A DNA stretch of 64,000 bases from a virus: IMG/VR virus record IMGVR_UViG_3300040786_000030, positions 129,181 to 193,180 of that record. One strand, 5' to 3'. The first letter of the stretch is position 1. The number at the start of each line of letters is the position of its first letter. Below the pieces are notes generated by a model, which saw only the letters and a program-made list of their open reading frames with translations, made no database searches and had not been told where the DNA came from. The position numbers and the translations under genes were made by a program. Below are positions 50,311 through 62,043 of the stretch, piece by piece.

Positions 50311-50396
50311 ACTATGCTTGACTGAGTGGCCTAAAGTGACTCCGTTAAAGGAGTGCCCTGTAAAGGGGCCGTAGGTTCGAATCCTACACATAGTCT
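50311..50396 (+). tRNA. Type II tRNA, anticodon unresolved (loop reads GTTAAA)
   Basis: actatg/catagt acceptor, long variable arm gccc-tgtaaa-gggc, canonical T-arm. Confidence 0.65.
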
Positions 50397-50402
50397 AAAA
50401 AT

Positions 50403-50488
50403 GGCGAGGTGTCAGAGTGGCCGATTGAGCTGGTCTTGAAAACCAGAGGCCGTGAAAGCGGTCCAAGGGTTCGAATCCTTTCTCGCTT
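50403..50488 (+). tRNA. tRNA-Ser(TGA)
   Basis: ctggt-ctTGAaa-accag, variable arm ccg-tgaaag-cgg. Confidence 0.88.
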
Positions 50489-50558
50489 CAGTTTAATTAT
50501 CGCAGTGATTGCGGCAATTATCACCGCAAAGTGATTAAACTATAAACATAGGGTAAAA

Positions 50559-50644
50559 TTCATTGGCAATCGGCTCGGAAAGCGCATCGAGAGTTAGATA
50601 TACGACTTAGTATGGAAAAAGTGGTTCGAATCCACCCAATGGAG
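50559..50644 (+). ncRNA. tRNA-like RNA (acceptor + T-arm, non-canonical core)
   Basis: ttcattgg/ccaatgga, gtgg-TTCGAAT-ccac; no recognisable anticodon arm. Confidence 0.45.
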
Positions 50645-51013
50645 CAAGAAAAATAAAATATTAGTAAATAAAATTAATAAATTATGAGTAAACAAAATGA
50701 TAAATGGCTTGCCACCTATGCACTTTATTTTAGATAGTGAAACACGTAGGATATATGAAGGAGACTTTATTCAATATTTTGGTTCAAAAGATGTTTATAT
50801 GTTTAAAGCAATATATTTCCAATCAATTGTTGATATCAACCTAAAAGTACTAGAGGTTGGTGATGAAGTGTGTTATGTCTTTGGTACTGGGTTAGATAAA
50901 GGGTTATAGAAAGTATCACACCATTTGAATTTGGTACAAGTGGACCTAGGATTAAAATTAAGGGTAAGAAAAATTAATTAACGCATTTAATATTATGAAA
51001 ATATAAAAATAAA

Positions 51014-51095
51014 TTGAGATATATCGAGGCACGCTGATAACGTGTATATTCGTAACTGGTTATTGTAAATGTGGGTTCGAATCCATTGTCTCAAC
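51014..51095 (+). ncRNA. Atypical tRNA-like RNA, anticodon hairpin GAT (Ile)
   Basis: ttgagat/gtctcaa, gcacg-ctGATaa-cgtgt, T-arm; no D-arm in the normal position. Confidence 0.55.
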
Positions 51096-51100
51096 TAAAT

Positions 51101-51183
51101 TGGTCTGATACCGAGGCACACTCATAATGTGTATAGTCGTAATTGGTATGTTGTAAATGTGGGTTCGAATCCACTTGGACCAC
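51101..51183 (+). ncRNA. Atypical tRNA-like RNA, anticodon hairpin CAT
   Basis: tggtctg/tggacca, gcaca-ctCATaa-tgtgt, T-arm; paralogue of 51014-51095. Confidence 0.55.
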
Positions 51184-51822
51184 AAAAAATAGGTTATTAA
51201 AATTATTTAACTTATATTTGCATTTATTAATTATAAAAAAATAAGGATATGAGTTTTACTGGGTTTATGTTTGCTTTTATGTTAGCATTATTAACATTCT
51301 ATGTTAATCAAAGAATAGCGAAAATGACTAACATTAAAATATTAATAAATACATTATTTGACATTTATGGTGGTGAGCAAGCGTTTGATGATTTTGATAG
51401 TAAAGAAGTTGCTACCAGATTAATGAATGAAATAATCAATATTGAAAAGATGAATGATAATAATTTTATGTTAATTTAGAATTAGAAACTTTAAAAGAAT
51501 TAAGGTTAGTCTATTATCGTTTTACAGATAAAGAGATAGCTAAAGAACAAATTAATTCTTTATGTTTTAATAGGTTAACTAGGAGTTTTATAATATTAGC
51601 TTTTTAGATATAATCCCACCAAACATTAGATAATTAAATGATGAAACAATGATAAAAATAGAACAAGAAAAAATTGAAGAAGTTTACGCTTATTTAGATA
51701 AAATGGGTTTTAATTACACGATAGATAAAACCCTACACCTGAAAAGATTGCTAGGATAAAAGCGCAAATAGAAAAAATAAAGAAAGGTTTATTATTAATA
51801 AATAAATCCTTATACTTGTAAT

Positions 51823-52365
51823 ATGGAGATATTAGTAGTAGATATAGAAACAACTGGGTTTTAGTAAATTCAGATGCAATTGTTGAGATTGGGATTAGCC
51901 TTGTCAACACACAAACAAATGAAATAAAATTAGTTTTGATAATGTTATCAAGGATAAGAAGTTTAAAAAATGGAAACATAAAACGCTTGATTTTTAATAA
52001 TACGACACTTGAAGTTAGTGACGTTGAAAAGCTAAAACTTTAGAAAGTTATTTTGATGAAATTCAATCCCTTTTAGTAAATATAAAATGACCGCTTATAA
52101 TTCAGCTTTTGACTTAAGATTTCTTAGGGTGCTGGTTTTATTATTGACGATATTAAATGTTTAATGAAAACAGCTACTAAATATTCTAAATATAAGGATA
52201 AAAATGGTAGGGTTAAAACCAAGTGTTGAGGAAATTTATAATCAATTTTTCATGAAAAAAGGTCAAGTTTATATCGAAGAACATAGGGCTGGTGCTGATG
52301 CACTTGATGAGGGTAAAATACTTTTACATATGGTTAAATTAAAGAATAAAAGATTAAAAAAATAA
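51823..52365 (+). CDS. DEDDh 3'-5' exonuclease (DnaQ-like)
   Basis: VVDIETTG, AYNSAFDLRF, HRAGADA. Confidence 0.85.
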
Positions 52366-52368
52366 AAT

Positions 52369-52437
52369 GCCGAGACTTATTGGAAAGAATTACCTTTCAT
52401 ATGGGTAGTCAAGTCGGTTCAACTCCGATACTCGGTA
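52369..52437 (+). tRNA. tRNA with CAT anticodon (Met/Ile2), short D region
   Basis: tacct-ttCATat-gggta; tcgg-TTCAACT-ccga. Confidence 0.6.
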
Positions 52438-52452
52438 CTATATTAAATACAT

Positions 52453-52525
52453 GGCCCTATCGTTCAACTGGATAGGACTTAGCAGTACGATTGCTAGAAT
52501 CAGGGTTCGAATCCTTGTAGGGTCA
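52453..52525 (+). tRNA. tRNA-Arg(ACG)
   Basis: tagca-gtACGat-tgcta. Confidence 0.85.
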
Positions 52526-52546
52526 CAATTTTAAAAATATTAAAAG

Positions 52547-52619
52547 GCCCCTATCGTTTAACTGGATAGGACACAACTCTTCTAAAGCTGTAATCTGGGT
52601 TCGAATCCCAGTGGGGGTA
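52547..52619 (+). tRNA. tRNA-Arg(TCT)
   Basis: caact-ctTCTaa-agctg. Confidence 0.88.
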
Positions 52620-52668
52620 CAAATGGATAATTACGAGAGTGGTCATTAGAACAGCTCAAAATATTAAT

Positions 52669-52752
52669 GGAGAGGTACCCAAGTGGTTAAGGGCCTGTTT
52701 GCTAAATAGGTAGGGCTCGTAAGGGTCGCATGGGTTCGAACCCCATTCTCCA
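52669..52752 (+). tRNA. tRNA-Ser(GCT)
   Basis: cctgt-ttGCTaa-atagg, long variable arm. Confidence 0.82.
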
Positions 52753-52827
52753 CACACACTTACATAACCAGAACTTTTTAAATTATTTAGATATTTATGA
52801 TTAATGTAAATCAAATATTAAATAGTT

Positions 52828-53493
52828 ATGAAAAATAAAATACAATCAATATTAAGAGAATCATTAAATAAAACAATTATTGAAAATTTAATAGATGAGG
52901 ATTACCCAATAAATTTTAATATGGATGAATTTAAGGGTTTAATAACATTTAAAGATAGAATAACATATTGTGATAATAATTTAAAGAAAATATCTTCTGG
53001 TAGCGGTAGAATTGTTTATATGATTGATGATATAAAAGTATTAAAATTATCTAAAAAATAGTAAAGGTTGCTCAAACTAAAACTGAATCAGAATGGGGTC
53101 AAGATAGTTATTTTTCAAATATATTAGCACACACATTTGATTTTCACCCAGAATATTTATGGATTGAAATGGAGTTAGCTAGAAAGGTTACAAGACGTAA
53201 TTTTATAGAAATTGCTGAGTGTAGTATTGACAATATGTCTTATTATTTAAGAAATGACTATTCAGAAAGAAACGGTCAAAACCTTTATTTGGTTTAGATA
53301 AAGATATCAAAGCTGAATTAGACGAAACCATTTTGTTAGTTTAGTAAAAGATTTTATGGGAAATACACAATCTGATGTTGGTGATTTTGGTAGATTAAAT
53401 AGTTACGGTCTTGTAAATAGAAATGGTGTTGACGATATTGTAATTATTGATTTTGGGTTAACTAATGATATATATGATACCTATTATAGTTAA
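52828..53493 (+). CDS. Protein kinase-like fold protein (frameshifted)
   Basis: SSGSGRIVY, VLKL, GDF..LNSYG, IIDFG. Confidence 0.6.
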
Positions 53494-53924
53494 CGAATAA
53501 AGAATTCATTTATTTGATGTAATACGTTTAATTCTTGATAAGGTTGGTCTGTTTTAATATTAGTAACTTCTTTATATAAAAGTTCTAAAGAATCAGGGCT
53601 TTTAACTATATAATCATTTGCTCCACCCACTATATACTCAAAACCACCTTAATATCTTTTGGTTTGATAACACTATAATTGGTGTTGAAATATCTGTTTC
53701 TCTAATTTCTTTCAAAACGTCTAAACCAGTTAACCCATTTAAATCATTTAAAGTATGGTCCAATACTAGTAAGTCTAATATTGTGTCTTTATCGTTAAAA
53801 TATTCTTCACGTGAGGTATATTTCAATATCTCTACATCTTTATCTTTCTTTAGTATATAACTAATCATAGCTGAATATAGTTTACAATCATCAATTATCC
53901 CAACTAAAATTTCGTATTATTCAT
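53490..53924 (-). CDS. CheY-like response regulator receiver domain
   Basis: IIDD, LLVLDH (phospho-Asp), TGLDVLKEIR..TPIIVLS, VK.P. Confidence 0.8.
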
Positions 53925-54027
53925 TGTTACAAGTTATTAGGTATAACTATAAATACCTTAAAAAATATAAAATGATAAAATATAGTTAAAATTAATATTA
54001 TAACAATAAAAAATAGTATATTTGCAC

Positions 54028-54966
54028 ATGAAAAATAATATAAAAGAGACATTAATAGATAATACCGTTAAAAATTCAATGGGTATTAATATTACAAAAC
54101 CAAATTCAGAATTGATAATTTGTCGTGGAATCCCAGGCTCTGGTAAATCTACAAAAGCAAAATCTTTGGTTAAAAATGGTCGAATACATTCGACTGATGA
54201 CGTAATAGAGGCCAGTGGTGATTACAAATTGTTTTTTGAGACTATGATAGCATCAGAAGATTTTAGGGGTTTAAATAGAGCGCATTCAACGAACTTAAAA
54301 AACGCTATAGAATCAATGATTAATGATGTATCACCTATTATTATAGATAATACAAATATTAAAGCCAATGAATCTAAAGCATATGTTGTTAAGGCGCTAG
54401 AGTTAGGTTATAAAGATAGTAATATTTCTGTTGTAGATATTGGTACTGGTGGTTTAACAGCTAAAGAATTATCTGAAAGGAATACACATGGTGTTCCATT
54501 TGATAAAATAGAAAAGATGATTCAAGTATATAATTCAGTTGGTGAGTTGACAATTAAAAGATATTAGATTCAGCTGATATGTACAAAAAGTCAGATATTC
54601 TATATTCTGCGGTTGTGTTAAGCCAAGCGACTAAAAATAAATTATTAGAGGTTGTTGGTGATAGAATACCAGAGGGTTGGAAAATAATTGCACACCATAT
54701 GACAATTTCGTTTGGTAAAGGTGTTAAAAACAAAGAAGATTTGGGTAAATCAGTTAATTTAACTGTAACCGATTTAGGTTTAAGTGATATGGCTATGGCT
54801 GTAAAGTTAATGGTTATGATAGTTCTAATGATATAGCACACATAACTATCGCTATAAATCCAAATGGTGGTAAACCAGTTATGTCAAACCAAATAACCAA
54901 ATGGCAAAATATTAAACCATTTATTGTAGTTGGTATTGTAACTGATATAAAAAAGGTGCTATATAG
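54028..54966 (+). CDS. AAA_33 polynucleotide kinase fused or coupled to a 2H cyclic phosphodiesterase
   Basis: RGIPGSGKST, IIDNTN, RNTHGVP; then HHMTI and HITIA (two HxT motifs); frames join by one indel near 54560. Confidence 0.8.
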
Positions 54967-55048
54967 CACCTTTTATTTGTTTAATTAGGTTAAATATTAA
55001 TATCTTAAAATATAAGATTAAAGGAATGTTAAATAAAAATATTTTTAA

Positions 55049-55666
55049 ATGGAAAAAACGAATTAGCTAATTATGTTCTTAATGAACTTAACATAACAGA
55101 AGAAATTCTAAACATATATCCTTATGGTAGTCGTGTTTATGGGACATTTGATAAAGATTCAGATTCGGACTATATTATAGTCACAAAAGTGGTATACTTA
55201 AAAGTGGTGGATTTAAACAAAATGCGATATCAAATAAAGATAGGACTATTCAAGGTGTATTATATTCTAGGAGTGGATTCATTGATGCTATCAATAGGTA
55301 TGATATTTCAGCACTAGAATGTTTATCATTACCAGAATCTGATGTGGTAAAAAACTTTGGAACTTTAAAGTTCAAAAATGGGATGATAAAGAATTTATTA
55401 AATCGATAATAAGTAAAATGTCTATGAGTTGGTTTAGCGCAGATGGACATTCTAAAGATGGATATAAAGATTTAGCCAAAAAAGGTTTGTTTCATTCAAT
55501 TAGAATCCTTATGTTTGCAAAACAATTAAAAGCGACTAAAACTGTTACTGATTTTACGGTTGCGAATAATTTTAAAGTGTCATTAAAATTAATTAATGAC
55601 ACTGATTTTGATGTTAGGGATTTTATAGGTATTAGAGATAAATTAGTAGATGAATTAAAACAATAA
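55049..55666 (+). CDS. Pol-beta superfamily nucleotidyltransferase
   Basis: YPYGSRVYGT..DSDSDY; KKGLFHSIRI. Confidence 0.75.
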
Positions 55667-55678
55667 CATATATTATTT

Positions 55679-57080
55679 TTAATTCGAAATATAACTTACA
55701 CTAGCTACCCAACGAGAATTAGCGGTTGTTGTTGGGTAAAATTGAACGGTTGCTGATGAAGTATTACCTTGAACAAACCCTGTACTATAAGGAGCTACAC
55801 TACCAACGACAGAGCCAATATATTGGGTTCCCTCACCACTATTTATGTTAAATGGTATAGTAGCAGTCAAACTAGTATTAGTTGAAGCTGATATCGGTTG
55901 AACAAGAAAATCAAATTTTAGGGTAACTATATTACCAATTTTAGTCCAAGTACCTAATCTATCTGTTGATGAACTACTAACATTAGTACCATTCACAAGT
56001 ATTGGTGTAAAAGTCCCAGATGTTATATTAGATACTGTACTAAATCCAGTTACGTTAAATGTTCCACCAGTATTATTTCTAAATGTTGCTGTTCCAGCTG
56101 TATAAGTTCCACCAGTTACTCTAATATCAGTTGGTAAATTTAAATAAGTTGTTGCTGATATTGTATTTGCACTTAAATCACCATATAATCTAGTGTTACC
56201 ATATATTTGTAATTTATTAACAGTATCATCTACTCCACCAACTGATAAATTACCAATATTAGAGATACTAGCTTGTTTAGTACTATTAGTGTAGAATGAT
56301 AAACCACTAAAATGTCTCGCTCAACAGCTACATCAGTAATGTTGAAACCACCAAGACCCATTTCTAAACGCATGTTTGGGTATGAATTTAATCTAAACAT
56401 AGGGTTTTCATCAGTTAATGAAGCAAACCCCTCAAAATGTGAACCAATTTGAGTTTTAACAGATGCTACAATACCTTTTCTATCAATTTCAAAACAGTTC
56501 TTTCATATGCAACATCATCACTATACATTATTCTAATTTCTGGGTCTCCATCTCCAGCTTGTATTATTCTACCAATTTGAAATATAGGATTTGTAGATAT
56601 ACCTGAACCTGTTTGTACACCTGAATTTTCCCCAGTGGTACTAAAGTCACGTTTAAATTTTTGGGCTACTTCTCCACCACCTTCAAGTAACATATTACCA
56701 TCACCAATATGAAATAATTCACCAGGTATATTAACTGAACCTAAACCGATATTCCCACCTGTTTGTGCAAAAGCTATCACCTAATGTATTACCACTAATG
56801 AAAAGTGGTAATCGATTAATAGTGCCTTGTGAAAAGTATTACCAGTGCTAAAACCGCTTACATTAAATGTACCACCAGTATTATTTCTAAATAATGTAGT
56901 TCCATTTGAGTATGTTCCACCTGTAACAACTGTATCATTTGACCCTGAAAAATAAGGCCCTAATGAGTTAACAAGAGTGTTAAATGTTGCTTGCGATGTA
57001 ACCCCATCTGACACAATAGGTAAAATAGTTTGTTGATTGAATAAACCTTGAGGTAATTGAGTGATTTTACTATCAGCCAT
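55679..57080 (-). CDS. Tail fibre-like protein (frameshifted)
   Basis: MADSKITQLP start; two GGTY..FRNNTGGTFNV.GF modules shared with gene 1-1797; C-terminal G.WTKIGN.VT domain. Confidence 0.65.
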
Positions 57081-57258
57081 GATTATAGTTTAATTTTAAT
57101 GTTGTTTTATGTTAGTTTTAAAGTCCGTAATTAATAATTTAAATCAGTTTATAAACTACACATGATTTACTATAAATATAATTAAAAAGTAAATAAAACT
57201 TGTTAGTATTAAAAAATAGATTACCTTTGTAATATGATAAATTAATAAATAATTATAT

Positions 57259-57907
57259 ATGATAACAGCACAAGTAGTTTTAATAAATCCAGATGGTTTA
57301 GTATTAGGTGTTTCCAGAAAACATGACCATACTGATTTTGGGTTAATAGGTGGTAAAATGGACCCAGAAGATAATAATAACCAATAAACACAGCAATTCG
57401 GAGTGTAAAGAAGAAACTGGTTTAGATATCACTAATTTAAGGTTAGTTTTGCGATACATAAAAATGGTAATATGGGTTTTACCTATTTAGCCGATTATAC
57501 TGGTGAAATTAACCATGATGAACCACATGTTGTTGAATGGTTGCCATTTGAGGTATTAGTAAAAGGTAGTTTTGGGAAATATAATAAAATGGTTTCAGAA
57601 TCACTTACTGATATGGGTATAAAATATATATTTGATATTGATATGGACCCACTTGTTGAAGAATTAGAAAAATTTATAAATTTAACCATTAGGAAGGGTT
57701 ATATAAAACAGTTTATATTCGATGGAATATATCGAAATTTAAGTGGTTGGGGTAGTGATTTTAATATTACGTTAATTGATTGTAATGGTGATGATTTAGA
57801 TAGTGAATGGGATGATTACGATGACGAATATGAAAATAATATTATTTTAATTGGTAAAAAAATACCATATTAATATTGGAATACCATCATACTATTATAA
57901 GAAATAA
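57259..57907 (+). CDS. NUDIX hydrolase (frameshifted)
   Basis: GGKMD..TAIRE.KEETG Nudix box. Confidence 0.8.
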
Positions 57908-58382
57908 TGGACGTAATAAATTTCACTAAGAATAACTTACCTTATGGTTGGTTAGGTAATATGTCACAATATCCAATAGATTTTGGTGGTGTTATATGGA
58001 AAACAACGGAAGCCTTATTTCAAGGGTTAAGGTTTAGGATAATGACATTAAAGAGTTAATAAGAAACGAAAAGTCACCAATGGGTGCTAAAGAGGTTATG
58101 AGGTCTAATTTTAAAGATATTATCGTTACACCCCATTCTAAGAAAGATATTTCAAATATGAAAATGTGTTTAGTATTTAAACTAATGCAACATCCAAAAT
58201 TAATTGAGGAATTAATAAATACTGGTGATTTACTAATAGTTGAAGATGTTACAACTAGGGGTAATGTTGGTGGTAATCTATTTTGGGGTGCAATGTTAGT
58301 TAATAATGAATGGGTTGGTGAAAACACTTTAGGTAAAATATGGATGGATTTACGAAATGAGCACAAAAAAATTGGAATTTAA
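57907..58382 (+). CDS. NADAR (YbiA-like) protein
   Basis: LGNM, TTEALFQ..RF, KLMQHP.L..L..TGD..IVE, FWG, GEN.LGKIWM.LR. Confidence 0.85.
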
Positions 58383-58749
58383 TATAATTAGTTATACCTT
58401 TGTAAAAAAAATAGTATGGAAAATATAGATAGAAGGTTTGAGTTAAGTAATAAATTTACTGAAATGGGTATGGCTTTGATAAAAGAAGGTAAAGAAGATG
58501 AAGACGTAATAATTAAATTTTCTGGGTCATTTTGAATTTTTATCTAATTTAATGTATGATGAGAAACAAATGATATTATTTTCAACTTTTGTAATATGTT
58601 TTCAGCTAAAAAATACTTGAAAATATGGAAGAAACTCAACATGATTACATCGCTTTTTTAAAGGGTAAAATGTTGGTGAAACTGATAGTGAATTTTAAAA
58701 CGATTAAATGATTTGAAAACAATCAAGGTAACAATGATATATTATAATT

Positions 58750-59874
58750 ATGGAATTAAAAATAGTAGAATATTTAAAAAAAATGGGTTAGAAAAAACAA
58801 TTCAGGATTTTAAACTTAAAAGTAGGTTATACGATAATAAAGTACTTTTAAAATATGACCAATTAGTGTCACCAACACTTATGGCATTACCAGAAATGCA
58901 AGAATGTCGTGGTTAATCCTTGAGTTAGATACTTGGAAAGTTATGTCATTAGCGTTCAAGAAATTCTTCAATTCAGAAGAAGGAAATGCACATAAAATTG
59001 ATTGGAATACCGCTAAAGTATTAGAGAATTAGATGGTTCACTTATACAAGTGTATTATGATGGGTTTGTGGATAAATGGTTTGCTGGTACTACTGGTACA
59101 GCTGAAGGTGAAGGTGAGGTAAATAATAAATTAGGTACTACCTTTAATGATTTATTCTGGGATACTGTTAAAAGTAAATATGAATTAACTGAAGATAAAT
59201 TAGATGTTACTAGGGTTTATATTTTTGAACTTACTACACCGTATAATATTGTGGTTAAACCACATGGTGAATCTTCTGCGACTCTTTTGACTTGTAGAAA
59301 CATATTCACGTTAAATGAGGTTAATTACGAAGCTTTATTTAGAATTGGTCTTGAGTTAAATGTGCCAGTAGTTAAAACATATGATTTAAACAAGGGTAAT
59401 ATGGGTGCCATTTTAAGGACATTTGAGGGTATGCCATGGTCAGAAGAAGGTTATGTGGTAGTTGATGATAACTTTAATAGGGTGAAGGTTAAAACCCAGC
59501 ATATGTGGCTGTACACCACTTAAAAGGTAAATCAGCTGAACATAATATATTAACAATTGTTAAAACTAATGAAATTGAAGAGTTTGCCACTACTTTCCCA
59601 GAAAGAAAAGAAGAACTATATAAATTAAAAGTTAATTATGATTTATTAAATGTTAAGTTAAATATGGTTTGGGACGAGTTAAAATTACATAAACCAAAGA
59701 ATATACAACCATCAGAAAAGAAACGTTTTGCTGGTGTAGTATTTGAGATATGTAAAAAAATATGAGATAAATAATTTTACTGGGTTATATTTTGGGTTAG
59801 CTGAAAATAAGATATCTAGCATTGATGATTTTATGTTTAAATATGATGATAAATTATTATATAAACTTTTATAA
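58750..59874 (+). CDS. RNA ligase, T4 Rnl1-like
   Basis: ECRG, FKKFFN, E(K)LDGS, FEL..P.NIVV, EGYVV, RVKVK.P.Y. Confidence 0.85.
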
Positions 59875-60620
59875 AAAAATGACATAACTACTTGGTTATG
59901 TCATTTTTTTTAATATATTTGCTCTAAATAAAAACTATGGGAACAATTAAAGATTATGAGGTTAATATAGGTAAAGAATGTAAAAAAAAAAGACAGACCA
60001 TTTAAAAGTACCTTTAAGAAAAATACAATTAAAGGTGTAATTAACCATCCACATTTAAATATACCAGCTTATGTATTCCATGAGGATGATAGTTATGTGG
60101 AATGTAGAAGAATAGAAATTTTAAATTAAAATTTTATTTTGACATGGATGAAAAATTATACGACCACAAGAATTAAGAGAAGGTGAGGAATGTGTTATCA
60201 CACATTGGGTTAACCAACCGCAATATGTGGGCGATAAACTTAGAGTTGAAAACCGCCAATTTATTAGAACGACTAAAGATGGGCTTGATACAACTAGTGT
60301 TGATATGCGATACCCATCATATTGTAAATTAGTGTTATCTAGAAAAAAGGTTAAAATTTTAAAAATTAAAAATATGCGAGAAGAAATTAATGCAAAATGG
60401 GCAAATGAACAGGCTACTAAAGTTTTAGGTGAAAAATAAATAATCAAATAAATACTTGTTTAAATAAAATAGAGGTAGCTGTTAAAGAAAATAAAATGAA
60501 TTGTATCGTTTCTATTTATGCTGAAAGTTTAACGATGTCAGAATTGAGAAAACGTGGTTTTGTTCTTAGACAAGAAAATACACAAAAGATGGTAGTTGGT
60601 TAACAATAAATTGGTAAGTT

Positions 60621-61315
60621 ATGAAAGAAGATTATAAAAAATGAAAATATCACTAACATATTGGTTGTTAGGTAGGGATATTACAATGCGTATAATGCGA
60701 TGATTTTGCTGAAAAATTACATAATGGTCTTCGTAAAGATGGTGAGCATGAGTTTTCACATCAAATTTCACAAGCACTGTTAGCTAGAACGTTAATAGGT
60801 GATGTTATGTATAAAGAAGAGTTGTTTATGGTTATATTTTTTACATGATGTGTGTGAGGATAAGGGCATTTCCTATGAAGAAATTGAAAAGTTATTTGGC
60901 GTTTGGTTATGAACTCGGTTAAATTAATGACCAAAGTGTATCAAGGTGTTAAAACTCAAATAATGAGTATTATGCTAAGATGATTGATTGTCCGATAACT
61001 AGTTTGGCAAAGGGTTTTGATAGAGTACATAATTTAATGAGTATGTTGGGTGGTTTAGAAAAAAAAAGAATTAGTTATGTGAATGAAACATTAGAGTACA
61101 CCGTACCTATGTTAAAATTAGGTAGGCGTAATTTTCCAATGCAAGAATCGGTCTATGAAAATATAAAATTCATAATGACTAATCAAATAAAATTATATAA
61201 CGCATTAAATAATGCTGAAACTGTAATTATTAGCTTGAAACTGGGAATTAATATAAGTGAAGAAACATATTTGGAAATGTGTAATTTAATTACACATTAT
61301 AAAATGTTCAATTAG
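60621..61315 (+). CDS. HD-domain hydrolase (SpoT/Mesh1-like)
   Basis: HNGLRKDG..FSH, LHDVCED, KGFDRVHN. Confidence 0.75.
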
Positions 61316-62043
61316 GGATACATGAAGCTAATGATGATGATGGTGTTGAACCACCTTACATAAGAACAGCAACGGTTGATGTTCATTATACGTATAACCC
61401 AAAATTTGGTGACTATAAGGAATGTGAATGTGGTCATGATTATCATCGTCATTTTGATGGGTATGATAATAATGAAGCTGTGGGTTGTAAGTATTGTGGT
61501 TGCTATGATTTTAATGTAAAACTGTTTATATGATGAATGAAAAATTAAAAACGTTGGAATTGGTGTTGTTATATTGTTACTTTCATGGGTATTCATAACA
61601 AATATTATCCAGTCATTTTATGTCCAAAATGACACAAACAGAATTAGTTCTACATTTTTCTAAAACTATTTTATTAAATTGGTCGAAGTGTGAATAATTT
61701 AACTTATATTTGCAGTCAACAAACGAAAAAAAATAATTATGGCAGCTGAAATCATTGGAGAAGTATTAATTAGTGCCCTTGAATATATTGGCACCGATGG
61801 TGGTGATTCTAAGGATAAAAAAGGTTGTGGGTGTATGATTGTTATTATATTAATTATAGGTGGTTGGCTTTATTATGATATGACTTATACCAATCACGAA
61901 CCATTAAAGGTATTATAAACAATAAATTACCAAATAATAAGGTATTGGTAAGACTGTTAATGGTGAAGATGTTTATGTCATAACAAATGAATTATATTTA
62001 AATAAAAAGTGTGAGATTCAATAACTATAATAAACGATTAAAT

